From NCBI GenBank assembly GCA_020429185.1, contig JAGQLO010000002.1, positions 1-55,030 of the forward strand: 55,030 bases of DNA, given 5' to 3'. Below the pieces are notes generated by a model that was not told where the DNA came from, made no database searches, and saw nothing but the letters and a program-made list of their open reading frames with translations. The DNA comes from Candidatus Doudnabacteria bacterium. Lineage in GTDB: Bacteria > Patescibacteriota > JABMPQ01 > JAGQLO01. This document shows positions 54,807-55,030 of this stretch, piece by piece. Position 1 is the stretch's first letter. Every line of letters begins with the position of its first letter. The translations under genes and the position numbers were made by a program.

Positions 54807-55030
54807 TTAGGAACTTGCGCTTGCATACTTACGAATTTGTCGATTCCACAGCGATGTCGCAATCCAGAAGAAGAGCGCTGCAATTCCCACTCCATACACA
54901 ACCCAAGGCCATGTTAGTCCTCGAGAGAGCGCCTCCGCAGGAAGCTGCGTCATCACTCCAAGTGGGATTGCTGTAAACAACAGTGCTTTTCCAACAAACG
55001 TAAAGGCATCGGCAGGGAATCGTGCAAAGC
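54807..55030 (-). CDS. ABC-2 family permease, C-terminal 73 codons (5' end outside window)
   Basis: My own translation of the minus strand: FARFPADAFTFVGKALLFTAIPLGVMTQLPAEALSRGLTWPWVVYGVGIAALFFWIATSLWNRQIRKYASASS*. Stop at 54807-54809, 17 nt upstream of the ATPase start. Not in the ORF track because it has no start in the window. Confidence 0.7.
   Translation of the reverse strand, partial: FARFPADAFTFVGKALLFTAIPLGVMTQLPAEALSRGLTWPWVVYGVGIAALFFWIATSLWNRQIRKYASASS

Noticed and set aside
1-55030. CRISPR arrays, rRNA genes, IS elements, integrases, toxin-antitoxin pairs and known defence-system genes
   Set aside because: I scanned the intergenic regions and the ORF list. I found no regularly spaced direct repeats, no rRNA-like sequence and no transposase, integrase or recombinase motifs. 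The only tandem repeat is the 2 x 15 bp unit at 34268-34297.
1-55030. Alternative genetic code (UGA as sense), as in some candidate phyla
   Set aside because: RF2 is present with a UGA-dependent frameshift, and conserved genes such as crtI terminate at TGA. All conserved genes translate full-length with code 11.

Overview
This 55-kb window is a compact, operon-rich bacterial chromosome segment. Hand counts on single 60-nt lines gave 38-53% GC in housekeeping genes. I did no full GC computation and no database search.

The housekeeping backbone is:
- prfB (with its programmed +1 frameshift)-ftsE-ftsX, tRNA-Gln(CUG), typA
- a priA-def-fmt-rhodanese-dpm1-like operon
- thpR-tagA-gltX, an M23 peptidase, sppA, rpmA, pyrG, rplI, ctpA and a DUF4012 protein
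- an ~11-kb minus-strand surface-glycan locus: GT2, Wzy-like/GT2 fusion, GT2, GT4, UDP-sugar dehydrogenase, 4-epimerase, CapK-like ligase and an ABC-2 exporter

The gene content (DUF4012, many small operons) is compatible with a small-genome Patescibacteria/CPR-like organism, but that is inference only. The genetic code is standard, because RF2 is present and TGA stops are used. I saw no CRISPR array, rRNA, transposase, integrase or recombinase.

Accessory content:
1. A TrmB-like regulator/DNPH1-like hydrolase operon lies divergent from a translationally coupled pair. The second gene of that pair resembles aGPT-Pplase-type DNA base hypermodification proteins.
2. A crtI plus crtB-UbiA-prenyltransferase fusion operon.
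3. A frameshifted GH5-like gene.

The most unusual pattern is six compositionally foreign islands at about 3.7, 11.0, 13.2, 27.9, 33.3 and 34.9 kb. Hand-counted lines gave about 62-67% GC in islands A-D and F, and 52-63% in the two lines counted in island E. Each island carries a single orphan ORF. Most of these ORFs look membrane, lipoprotein or secreted, and one has a Tat signal. Five of the six have their own recognisable one-directional terminator and five have a recognisable ribosome-binding site. All sit in intergenic gaps of the housekeeping backbone with no mobility genes nearby. One island is bracketed by a near-identical ~30-bp terminator duplication. Another is preceded by a ~0.75-kb pyrimidine-skewed gene desert and a ~200-nt hairpin-rich leader.

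I consider this dispersed cassette-like set the best candidate for something undescribed. All functional calls rest on motif recognition by eye.
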